Part shown: positions 1 through 8,025 of the stretch, piece after piece
How positions within the stretch are numbered: the first letter of the stretch is position 1
Layout: every line of letters starts with the position of its first letter
Origin: Bythopirellula sp.
GTDB lineage: Bacteria > Planctomycetota > Planctomycetia > Pirellulales > Lacipirellulaceae
NCBI GenBank assembly: GCA_965230685.1
Contig: CBDDLO010000002.1
Coordinates: forward strand, 5,133,106 to 5,197,105
DNA: 64,000 nucleotides
Direction of reading: 5' to 3'
Program-made: the position numbers and the translations under genes
Notes under the pieces: generated by a model
What the model saw: the letters and a program-made list of their open reading frames with translations, nothing else
The model's database searches: none
Told to the model about the DNA's origin: nothing

Positions 1-159
1 TAGCCATTGGCATTCGAATTGCGAGGGGCAGCTGATTGTGAGTTCGCCGTCAGCAAACTCCATCTGCGTGTGCGTGCCGAGCCACAACTCGAACCGCTGG
101 GCACCCAGACGCTCGACTAGCTCTCGCTTCAGTGCGGACCGCCTGTCCGAATCGTCCAT
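1..159 (-). CDS. dnaA: Chromosomal replication initiator DnaA, first 53 codons only (gene runs off the left edge)
   Basis: Hand translation of the minus strand from ATG 159..157 gives MDDSDRRSALKRELVERLGAQRFELWLGTHTQMEFADGELTISCPSQFECQWL. The L/F/W spacing and the 'P..F...W' element match DnaA domain I (E. coli: [25 protein letters not shown]...APNRFVLDWV). The fragment is too short to appear in the ORF track. Confidence 0.5.
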   Translation of the reverse strand, partial: MDDSDRRSALKRELVERLGAQRFELWLGTHTQMEFADGELTISCPSQFECQWL

Positions 160-493
160 GACCCATCTTCCTGCTAAATTGCCACCAGAACCCATCATAA
201 ATCCAACACAGGAATCCACTCGCTCAAGGACTGTGGAAGTAGGAACTGCTGTTTCTCTGTTAGCAGTCTCGAGTGAACTCCAACGTCACCTAAAAAAGAG
301 CAGATCAGCATCGTTCGTTGCCCACACAACTCCCGTAGCTATGGCTTCGATTCTACGGTGCTAGCAACTCAACGGAAGGGCTTGACTTCGCGGAGAGGTT
401 TGTCCAATCGCCAAGCAGTCGAAAGTTGCCGAGAATCTTCCACGTTTCTGGCGACAAACATTTTTCAGAAAGTTTGTGACTGTTGATTCAAAG

Positions 494-502
494 TGTGGAT
501 AA
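494..502. promoter_or_regulatory. Perfect consensus DnaA box (TGTGGATAA = TTATCCACA) in the AT-rich dnaA-upstream spacer
   Basis: Exact 9/9 match read at 494..502. Weaker 7/9 matches are tgtggaagt (~235) and ttgcccaca (~328). The surrounding segment ~440..650 is visibly AT-rich compared with the rest of the window. Confidence 0.5.
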
Positions 503-652
503 GTTGTTTCAGTGATTCGATTTTCAAAATACACTGAGAAAATGCTCGAGGAACAAGTCACTTTCACAAGGAAAAGTAGAATTGTGTCTCACAAAATCTG
601 GACCACAAAATCAAGTAGAGGTGAAAAGTTGATCACTATGCCCGATAGCCGC

Positions 653-1609
653 CTAGCTCACAGTGGGTCGCAATCGTGCGTAAACAATGCGTTGGTCCCA
701 GACGGTAAAGCCGGCTTGTTCGTACATCGCACTCGCAAACAGATTGGCCTGGTCTACGGCAAGGACCAAACGTTCGGCGCCGCCTAGCCCAGCTTGCCAC
801 ATCGCGTATTCCAAAACTTCACGACCCCAGCCAACGCCACGTGCCTCAGGTAGTAAACCCATGTACACAATTTCCCAGTTTCCGGTGTCTTCGTAGGCGG
901 TCAGCAGCAACGCGCCCACATCGTGTTCCTTCTGCTGCACAAAAAACCAGCGCTCCGGTGCAAAGTTTCCTTGTTCGCGGTAGCCTTGGATCACATCAGT
1001 CGCACTGCGCAGCCCGTTCAGTGCCGGACAATCTAGCGAACCTTCATAGGTTCGTAGTAACAACTCCCCCAACCGCTGGGGGTTGGAGTCGGCATTGGGA
1101 TGAAACGTGAGAGGACCCGTTGGCTTCTGCGTAGAGAAGCAACTCTTTTCGATTGAGAGGTAGGCAAGCTTTGCCAACTGTTGGAAGTCGCCCGCATGTA
1201 GTAGTTCTGGCGAAACCGTCTCGCTGTTGCTTGCCAAGAACTGGGCGAGTACGATGTCTCGACTGTCGAGGAAATCGGCCAGTGCCCGCACGAGAGCAGG
1301 GCCAGTCGGGCTCTTGGCATCGGGCATCCACGTCACAGCTGTCCTGCCTGCGGTGAGTTGTGCCCAAGCGGCCCCCAGCAACTGATTCTGACTCGACGCA
1401 ACGAGCAAGCCCTCGAAAACAGAGTCGTCCTGGTCACGAACCGATTTTAGGGACTGGACTAAGGCCAACTGTTGATCGCTAGGCAATCCGGCGTGCAGCA
1501 CTCGCAATGCCTCGGCACGGCGAGTCTCGGTGCAAGGCGAGATGATGTAGTCGCTGCTCATGAGCGCAACATAACCAATTTGCACGGTAACTGGCAGCGC
1601 CAGGACCAC
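653..1609 (-). CDS. GNAT family N-acetyltransferase (two-domain)
   Basis: 318-aa ORF. The C-terminal half carries a GNAT acetyl-CoA-binding pattern (LLPEARGVGWGREVLEYAMWQA...LVLAVDQANLFASAMYEQAGF). The true start may be the downstream Met at 1561 (MSSDY). Confidence 0.7.
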   Translation of the reverse strand: MVLALPVTVQIGYVALMSSDYIISPCTETRRAEALRVLHAGLPSDQQLALVQSLKSVRDQDDSVFEGLLVASSQNQLLGAAWAQLTAGRTAVTWMPDAKSPTGPALVRALADFLDSRDIVLAQFLASNSETVSPELLHAGDFQQLAKLAYLSIEKSCFSTQKPTGPLTFHPNADSNPQRLGELLLRTYEGSLDCPALNGLRSATDVIQGYREQGNFAPERWFFVQQKEHDVGALLLTAYEDTGNWEIVYMGLLPEARGVGWGREVLEYAMWQAGLGGAERLVLAVDQANLFASAMYEQAGFTVWDQRIVYARLRPTVS

Positions 1610-1622
1610 CTGCCACGGCGGA

Positions 1623-2525
1623 TTACCACAGCTGGCTGCTTCGATCGAGGCTATTCACTTGCTTTCTCGGGACGCGCCTGCGTGGATGAAGGAACTCCCA
1701 TTTTTTGCTCCCGTCGACATCGACTTTTCCTGTACTACCCTCCACCTCGCGGCTGCCTTGAGATTTGATCGACTTGGATGGACTGGGCTGCGGAGGTGCG
1801 TTCACGACGGGCAATGGCGGCAAACGCGAGGGTAGGGGGGTGGTCACATCGGAACGCTGCAACTGGAAATCGACGGCGAAGCTATCGTGCGGAGAACTGT
1901 CCCATAAAACCGGTGCGGGCCGAGTGCGCAACTCGCTCAAAACTTGCTGCTTTCTCTTGACCTGGAACAGTTGTTCACCCACGATTGGCGTTTGTTGCTG
2001 CTGCAACCCGAATTGCTGCGTGGCGAGCATCACCAATTGAGTTGTGTCGCCAGTCGTGCCATGAAAGCCAATGCGTTCGACCCGACCGTCACGGCCGAAA
2101 AAGTAAGTCAACGAACCCGCCAGATCGTGCAACTGCGTTCCCGTGACAATTGGAACCCGGATCCCGAATTGGCCCAGTTCGGACAAGGCCGTCGATTTGC
2201 GTGCCCAGCGCTGGTACACCCACTCTTTAGTGACGTTCAGGTCAAAGACTTCCCGCAAAGACAATGCCGGCATGCCTTCCAGCGGGGTGATCGTCGGATA
2301 AACGGACGCCCCGGGACCTTGTGGCGAGGGCGGTTGACTTAGCCCCTGAGGACTGGAACTAAGCAGGCCAGATTTCGTGCTCGCGTAAGCTGTTGAAGCT
2401 GCTGAGGAAAAACCGTCGAACAAGCCATCCACGTTCGGCCCATTGCTGATGAGGTAGGGCACTCCCACGGCGGCGGCTAAGAGCACAGGCACTCGCAACA
2501 AGGAAAACATGGCAACCTTCCTCAC
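1623..2525 (-). CDS. Hypothetical secreted protein
   Basis: 300-aa ORF with a signal-like N-terminus (MRKVAMFSLLRVPVLLAAAVGVPYL) and Pro/Ser/Gln-rich segments. No family recognised. Confidence 0.5.
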   Translation of the reverse strand: MRKVAMFSLLRVPVLLAAAVGVPYLISNGPNVDGLFDGFSSAASTAYASTKSGLLSSSPQGLSQPPSPQGPGASVYPTITPLEGMPALSLREVFDLNVTKEWVYQRWARKSTALSELGQFGIRVPIVTGTQLHDLAGSLTYFFGRDGRVERIGFHGTTGDTTQLVMLATQQFGLQQQQTPIVGEQLFQVKRKQQVLSELRTRPAPVLWDSSPHDSFAVDFQLQRSDVTTPLPSRLPPLPVVNAPPQPSPSKSIKSQGSREVEGSTGKVDVDGSKKWEFLHPRRRVPRKQVNSLDRSSQLW

Positions 2526-2672
2526 GAAACAGAAACGGGGGAAGTGAACTGTCGGCCCAGCAACGATACAATGAAATGTTGGACGGAACGCAGCTCACCA
2601 CTTTTGAGTATCGACCGTAAGCGACAGGCAACTTGCCGCTTGTGCTGCCGCACGGAGCAGCTTGCTTGACGG

Positions 2673-3980
2673 GTGCCTACCGCACGTCCCCGGTATGCGG
2701 CTCAGCCGTTGCGAGTGGTGCCACTCAACGTACCATCCCCCGCAAGTAAGGCATCGTGGCAACACGATCTGACAACTTTGGCAGACCTTAGCGATTATGA
2801 GTGGTTGACGGGCGATGCGGCGAGCAAGCTGCTTAGCACTAGTGCGCTCGCTGGCGAACCGGTGCATCGTCAGCTCAATCATTTGCGAAAAACGATTTCC
2901 GCTGCCCGAGCCGGGTTGATCGTAGAACAATGGAAGCTGCGTAGCCGCGCAGCCTCGAAATTTGGCGAACTCGCAGCGAGCATGTACTTCACGGACCTTG
3001 CGCTACAACAGGCGACGGATATTTGGACCGCACGCTACAAAGCGTCTCGCATTTCCGAGGGCGTTTCGGTCATCGACTACTGCTGCGGGATCGGAGGAGA
3101 CTTGCTCGCCCTCGCCGAACGTGGACCGACGACGGGTTGGGATCGAATGCCAGAAATGGCTCTCTTGGCTCGCGCGAATTTGCGCGTGGCCCAATTGAAT
3201 GTGAACGGGATAGCTCGGGTCGGAGACGCGGAATCGCAAAGCCCTGCCCCAGACGAATTCTGGCATATCGATCCGGATCGCCGAGTTGATGGGCGGCGTT
3301 CTACGCAACTGCAATGGCATTCACCCGGCCCCGAGCTGGTTGAGCAGTGGCTCGCAATGAACCCCCAGGCCGCAATGAAACTCGCGCCCGCGACGATCGT
3401 GCCAGAGGCCTGGAGCGATCAAGCCATGCTGGAATGGATCAGCTTCCATCGCGCATGCCGCCAGCAAGTCGCCTGGTTTGGTGAACTTGCGGGTGCAAAC
3501 GAGGGACTCCGATGCGCCACGCGGCTGTCGAGAGACCCCACCGACGAGAGCCAACCTGTAGCTGCCTCGTTTGTCGGTAAGCCCGACGTGAGAGCTTCGT
3601 CGGCGAGCAAGGTCTCGAGTTACGTGTACGACACCGACCCTGCCCTCCGCGCCGCGGGGCTGGTGGAAGCCTTAGCAACCGAACTTGACCTGAGTGTGCT
3701 GGACCGCAGTCCTTCTTATCTCACTCACGAAGATGTGGTGCAGCATCCGTTGCTGACCTGTTTTGAAGTACTTGACCAATTGCCCCCGCGTATTGCGCCG
3801 CTTCTGAAACACCTGCGTGACAGGAATATAGGGAATCTGGAGATCAAAACACGTGGGGTGCATGCCGATCCAGAATGGTTGCGAAAGCAGCTCAAGCTAC
3901 GGGGTGACGAGTCTGCAACTCTACTTCACACGCGAATGGGAACTAGCGAAATCGCTCTGCTGGTTAAGCGCGTGGGGTAA
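2673..3980 (+). CDS. Class I SAM-dependent methyltransferase with THUMP-like C-terminal extension
   Basis: 435-aa ORF with a GTG start. The SAM motif I 'VIDYCCGIGGDLLALA' is preceded by 'LALQQATDIWTARYKA'. A long C-terminal domain follows, as in THUMP-like-domain methyltransferases. Confidence 0.65.
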   Translation: MPTARPRYAAQPLRVVPLNVPSPASKASWQHDLTTLADLSDYEWLTGDAASKLLSTSALAGEPVHRQLNHLRKTISAARAGLIVEQWKLRSRAASKFGELAASMYFTDLALQQATDIWTARYKASRISEGVSVIDYCCGIGGDLLALAERGPTTGWDRMPEMALLARANLRVAQLNVNGIARVGDAESQSPAPDEFWHIDPDRRVDGRRSTQLQWHSPGPELVEQWLAMNPQAAMKLAPATIVPEAWSDQAMLEWISFHRACRQQVAWFGELAGANEGLRCATRLSRDPTDESQPVAASFVGKPDVRASSASKVSSYVYDTDPALRAAGLVEALATELDLSVLDRSPSYLTHEDVVQHPLLTCFEVLDQLPPRIAPLLKHLRDRNIGNLEIKTRGVHADPEWLRKQLKLRGDESATLLHTRMGTSEIALLVKRVG

Positions 3981-4038
3981 CTCACGAGACAAAGACTGGC
4001 TAAGATAGGACAGTGACGATGTCCCTTGAATTCTGCTT

Positions 4039-4917
4039 TTGGAGCCCCAAGTGAAACTGGCATTCAGCTCGAACGCATATCTTCAGTTTTCCATCGAGGA
4101 AACGATTCGCCGCATCGCCGAGATCGGATACACCGGCATCGAGCTATTGGCCGATGTGCCGCACGCCTGGCCGGCGGGACTGCTCCCTGAGCAGCGTGAA
4201 GCGATTCGGCGTTGTCTCGATGAACATGGCCTGACAATCTCGAACATCAACGCGTTCATGATGAATGCCGTTGCCGACCCCCGCCAGCCCTATTGGCATC
4301 CCGGGTGGACCGACCCCGACCCGCATTACCGCGCGATTCGGCGCGAACACACCAAAAGAGCGTTGCAACTGGCCTGCGACCTTGGCGCTCCTCACATCAC
4401 CACCGAGCCAGGTGGATTGCTAGCGCCCGAGCAATCCTGGGAGCAAGGTGCCGACATCTTTTACGAAGAACTCATGCCCTGCGTTGAGGTTGCGGAAAAG
4501 CTGGGCGTTGGACTGTTAATCGAACCGGAGCCGGAACTCTTAATCGAGCGATTCGATCAATATTCACAATTTGCCGACCGCGTGGATAGCTCGGCGGTGG
4601 GTCTTAATTTCGACATTGGACATGCCTATTGCGTAAGCGAAGATCCGCAAGATTGGGTTGCGAAAATGCAAGCAGAAACGGTGCACTACCACTTGGAAGA
4701 TATCGCCGAGACGCGCGTCCATGCACATCTCATCCCTGGACATGGGGCGATTGACTTCGCCGCCACACTGCAAGCGATTGCCACGACGGACTACGACGGC
4801 TGGCTCACCGTGGAGCTGTATCCCTACATCGATTCTCCCGACGAAGCCGCTCGCGAAGCGAGGAACTATCTGCAACAAACGCTCACTCAGATCGGAGTTT
4901 CGGAGACTAGCGTTTAA
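4039..4917 (+). CDS. Xylose-isomerase-like TIM-barrel protein (sugar phosphate isomerase/epimerase family; EboE-like)
   Basis: 292-aa ORF starting at TTG 4039. An alternative GTG at 4051 would give MKLAFSSNAY. Fold signature present: GIELL, LLIEPEPE, NFDIGH, HLEDI, LTVELYP. Confidence 0.75.
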   Translation: MEPQVKLAFSSNAYLQFSIEETIRRIAEIGYTGIELLADVPHAWPAGLLPEQREAIRRCLDEHGLTISNINAFMMNAVADPRQPYWHPGWTDPDPHYRAIRREHTKRALQLACDLGAPHITTEPGGLLAPEQSWEQGADIFYEELMPCVEVAEKLGVGLLIEPEPELLIERFDQYSQFADRVDSSAVGLNFDIGHAYCVSEDPQDWVAKMQAETVHYHLEDIAETRVHAHLIPGHGAIDFAATLQAIATTDYDGWLTVELYPYIDSPDEAAREARNYLQQTLTQIGVSETSV

Positions 4918-5816
4918 TGGGTGACTCGCCTGCCGCCGCTTGGTGGCAATTGCTGCGCGCTGGGAATGTGTTCACCGCGATTTCCAACATCCTTGCCGGC
5001 TATGCACTCGCGCGAGGGGCTTGGTCGCCCGTGCTGCCGCTTGTGTTTCTCACGCTCGCTTCGGTGGCACTCTACCTCGCGGGCATGGTGCTGAATGATG
5101 TGTTCGATCTGGAACAAGACCGCCTCGAACGCCCCGAAAGGCCCCTACCCTCGGGGCGAATTGAACCTTGGCTCGCCAAGCTAGTTGGCTGGGGGCTGCT
5201 GGTAGATGGTCTGAGCGCCGCCGGGGTGGCGGCTTGGCTCTTATCAAGTTGGTATCCACTCGTGGTGGCGATCTTGCTGGCTATCTCCATTGTCGCCTAC
5301 GATGCGATATTGAAGAAATCTGCTGCCGGACCGTGGGCAATGGGCTTGTGCCGCGCGCTAAACGTCTTGCTCGGCGCGAGCGTGGTCAGTGACTCAGGCG
5401 ACCCCCGCGCCGCCTATCTCTACGCCTTCGCACTAGGGATGTACACGCTGGGCCTCACGCTCCTGGCTCGCAGGGAAGCTGAGCAAAGTAACGCAAGTGA
5501 CCTTCGAGTCGCAAGCTACGTGATCCAGCTAGGTACCCTAGCGATGCTACTACTGGCAACCGTACTCACGCTGCCACGATTCGGTTGGTTCGCGGCTTGG
5601 TTAATCTGTTTACTCGCGGTTCGAGTGCAGCTTTATGAAGCGATCGTCTGTCCTGAACCCAAAGTTGTCCAAAAATCGGTTGCTCGTTTGATCACCATGT
5701 TCATTCCACTCGATGCCCTCGCCTGCTCGGCCATTTCCGGCTGGGCAGCTGGCTTCGCAGTCCTCGCTTTGCTGCTCCCAACCTACGTTGCCACTCGCCG
5801 CGCTCCCATGACATAA
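4917..5816 (+). CDS. UbiA-superfamily prenyltransferase (EboC-like)
   Basis: 299 aa and hydrophobic throughout. Contains the Asp-rich motif NDVFDLEQDRLERPERPLPSGRI. The ATG overlaps the upstream stop (TAATG at 4915..4919). Confidence 0.8.
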   Translation: MGDSPAAAWWQLLRAGNVFTAISNILAGYALARGAWSPVLPLVFLTLASVALYLAGMVLNDVFDLEQDRLERPERPLPSGRIEPWLAKLVGWGLLVDGLSAAGVAAWLLSSWYPLVVAILLAISIVAYDAILKKSAAGPWAMGLCRALNVLLGASVVSDSGDPRAAYLYAFALGMYTLGLTLLARREAEQSNASDLRVASYVIQLGTLAMLLLATVLTLPRFGWFAAWLICLLAVRVQLYEAIVCPEPKVVQKSVARLITMFIPLDALACSAISGWAAGFAVLALLLPTYVATRRAPMT

Positions 5817-5863
5817 TGACATGAGCCAATGAAAGGCCAATCGCTAATAGCCAAGTAGACATC

Positions 5864-6694
5864 ATGCGCCTCGGTTACAACACGAACGGACTTGCTCATC
5901 ACAGCCTGCCGGCTGCTGTGCGGTTATTGGCTTCGTTGGGGTACGAAAGCGTGGCGATCTCCATCGACCACCACGCGCTCAATCCCTATGACGCGGGCCA
6001 AGACAGACGGCTGCAAGATATCCGCCAGATGCTCGAAGAGTTCCAACTGCGCTCAGTCATCGAGACGGGTGCCCGCTATCTACTCGACCCACGCAACAAA
6101 CACCAACCGACGCTCGTTTCGGCGAAGTCAGCAGGACGTCCCTTGCGCATCGAGTTCTTGCGCCATGCAGTCGACATGGCGGTCGCGCTGAGTAGCGATT
6201 GCGTTTCGCTCTGGTCCGGTGTCTTGCCACGAGAGGATTCGCGCGACGAGGGCATGCGTCGCCTTGTCGAGGGGCTGAGTATTGTCTTGGACTACGCCGA
6301 TCGGCGCGGCGTGCAAATCGGCTTCGAGCCCGAACCAGGAATGCTGATTGACACGATGGCCAGCTTCGCTGACTTGGTCGAGCAAGTTCCTTCACCACGT
6401 TTAGGACTGACGCTCGACATCGGCCATTTGCACTGCCTGGGCGAGCCGATCACTGAGACAATCCTCCACTGGTCCAATCGGCTGGTCAACGTGCATATCG
6501 AAGACATGTGCGTCGGTACTCACGAACACCTAATGTTCGGTGAAGGGGAGATTGATTTTCCCTCGGTGCTCACCGCACTCGAGTCCGTCCAGTACGCTGG
6601 CGGACTGCACGTAGAGCTGAGTCGCCACAGCCATGTCGGGCCCGAGGCGGCGCGGCAGGCCTACACTTTTCTCCATCCGATGCTTGGAAGCTAG
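5864..6694 (+). CDS. Second xylose-isomerase-like TIM-barrel protein
   Basis: 276 aa. Motifs LGYNTN, GFEPEPG, LDIGH, HIEDM and HVELS are present. It is a paralogous fold to the product of 4039..4917. Confidence 0.75.
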   Translation: MRLGYNTNGLAHHSLPAAVRLLASLGYESVAISIDHHALNPYDAGQDRRLQDIRQMLEEFQLRSVIETGARYLLDPRNKHQPTLVSAKSAGRPLRIEFLRHAVDMAVALSSDCVSLWSGVLPREDSRDEGMRRLVEGLSIVLDYADRRGVQIGFEPEPGMLIDTMASFADLVEQVPSPRLGLTLDIGHLHCLGEPITETILHWSNRLVNVHIEDMCVGTHEHLMFGEGEIDFPSVLTALESVQYAGGLHVELSRHSHVGPEAARQAYTFLHPMLGS

Positions 6695-6699
6695 CCACT

Positions 6700-8025
6700 A
6701 TGTCCGAACACGTTGTCCTTCTTTCGGTCCCTGGGTTACGCCAGCAGGACTTGGCTCACATGCCCAGCCTGAGTGCCTTGGTCTCCGAAGGTGATTGTGG
6801 GGAACTCGTGCCAAGTTTCCCTGCGGTGACCTGCCCAGTGCAAGCGAACATGACGACCGGCGCCCCCCCCTCGGAACACGGAGTCACCGCCAACGGATTC
6901 TACTGGCGAGAGCGGCAAGAGGTTGAAATGTGGACCTCGGCTAACGATTGCATCGCCAAACCGCAGCTGTGGGACCTGATGCATGCTCACGACCCCAAGC
7001 TCACCTCGGCGGTTTGGTTTCCGCTTCATAGCAAACAGTGCGGTGCGGACTATGTGTGCACCCCAGCACCAATTCACAACCCTGATGGCAGTGAATCACT
7101 TTGGTGCTACACACGTCCAGAGCCCCTGTACGGCGAATTCGTGGAAAAATTGGGGCACTTTCCGCTCCAGCATTTTTGGGGCCCAGCTTCCAATATCACC
7201 TCCACCGCTTGGATCGTGGACTCGGCCATACATGCCGCCGAACGTTTCCGCCCCAACCTTTTTTACGTTTACCTACCCCACTTGGACTACGCAGCGCAAA
7301 AAAACGGGCCTGACAGCGATGAAGCAATCCGCGCGCTTGGCGAACTTGACTTGGAGGTGGGAAAACTTGTCAAAGGATTTACTGACGCCTACGACCCTGC
7401 CCAGCTACTGTGGCTGGTGGCTAGTGAATATGTGATTACTCCCGTGGACCACGTCAGCTACCCCAACCGCCTCCTCCGCGAAGCGGGATTATTGGCAGTG
7501 TCTGAGGAAGCGGACGGAGAACATCTCGACCTTGCGGCGAGTCGAGCATGGGCGTTGGCCGACCATCAGTTCTCGCACATTTTCGTACAGCACCACGATG
7601 CCGCGACAATTCAGCAAGTCGCAAAACTGTTCGCAGAGCAGCCCGGCATTGCAGACATACTTACGCGACACCAATTCGGTCGTTATGATCTCGCACACGC
7701 AGATTGCGGTGACCTTGTGCTGATCTCTACAAGCAATAGCTGGCAAGCCTACTATTGGTGGCTCGACGATGCTCGGGCGCCAGGCTTTGCCCGCACCGTA
7801 GACATCCATCGCAAGCCCGGATACGACCCCGTCGAAATGTTTTGGGATCCCGTGGCGAAAGGCATTCCCCTCGACGCATCGCTGGTGCAGGGATCACACG
7901 GGGCGCCGGCGCTCCGTGACGACCAGCGAGGGGTGTTGCTCGCTTCAGAACGTGGCGTGTTTGTAGAGCGCCCTCTGGGCGACGTGGATGTAGCCGACAT
8001 CGTGCTGCGCCAGTTTGGCATTTAG
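6700..8025 (+). CDS. Alkaline-phosphatase-superfamily protein, type I phosphodiesterase/nucleotide pyrophosphatase-like (EboF-like)
   Basis: 441 aa. The N-terminus VVLLSVPGLRQQDL...FPAVTCPVQANMTTGAPPSEHGVTANGFY resembles the NPP/AP core, including the nucleophile Thr region. The gene starts 5 nt after the upstream stop. Confidence 0.7.
   Translation: MSEHVVLLSVPGLRQQDLAHMPSLSALVSEGDCGELVPSFPAVTCPVQANMTTGAPPSEHGVTANGFYWRERQEVEMWTSANDCIAKPQLWDLMHAHDPKLTSAVWFPLHSKQCGADYVCTPAPIHNPDGSESLWCYTRPEPLYGEFVEKLGHFPLQHFWGPASNITSTAWIVDSAIHAAERFRPNLFYVYLPHLDYAAQKNGPDSDEAIRALGELDLEVGKLVKGFTDAYDPAQLLWLVASEYVITPVDHVSYPNRLLREAGLLAVSEEADGEHLDLAASRAWALADHQFSHIFVQHHDAATIQQVAKLFAEQPGIADILTRHQFGRYDLAHADCGDLVLISTSNSWQAYYWWLDDARAPGFARTVDIHRKPGYDPVEMFWDPVAKGIPLDASLVQGSHGAPALRDDQRGVLLASERGVFVERPLGDVDVADIVLRQFGI

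Noticed and set aside
38-364. 108-aa + strand ORF at the window start
   Set aside because: Its first part is antisense to the DnaA N-terminus, which has a recognisable domain-I pattern. The remainder lies in the presumed dnaA promoter/leader, and the translation has no recognisable features.
8022-8025. Convergent genes (phosphodiesterase and czcA) with overlapping stop codons (TTAG)
   Set aside because: It is real in the sequence but common in compact genomes. It only implies that no intrinsic terminator lies between them.
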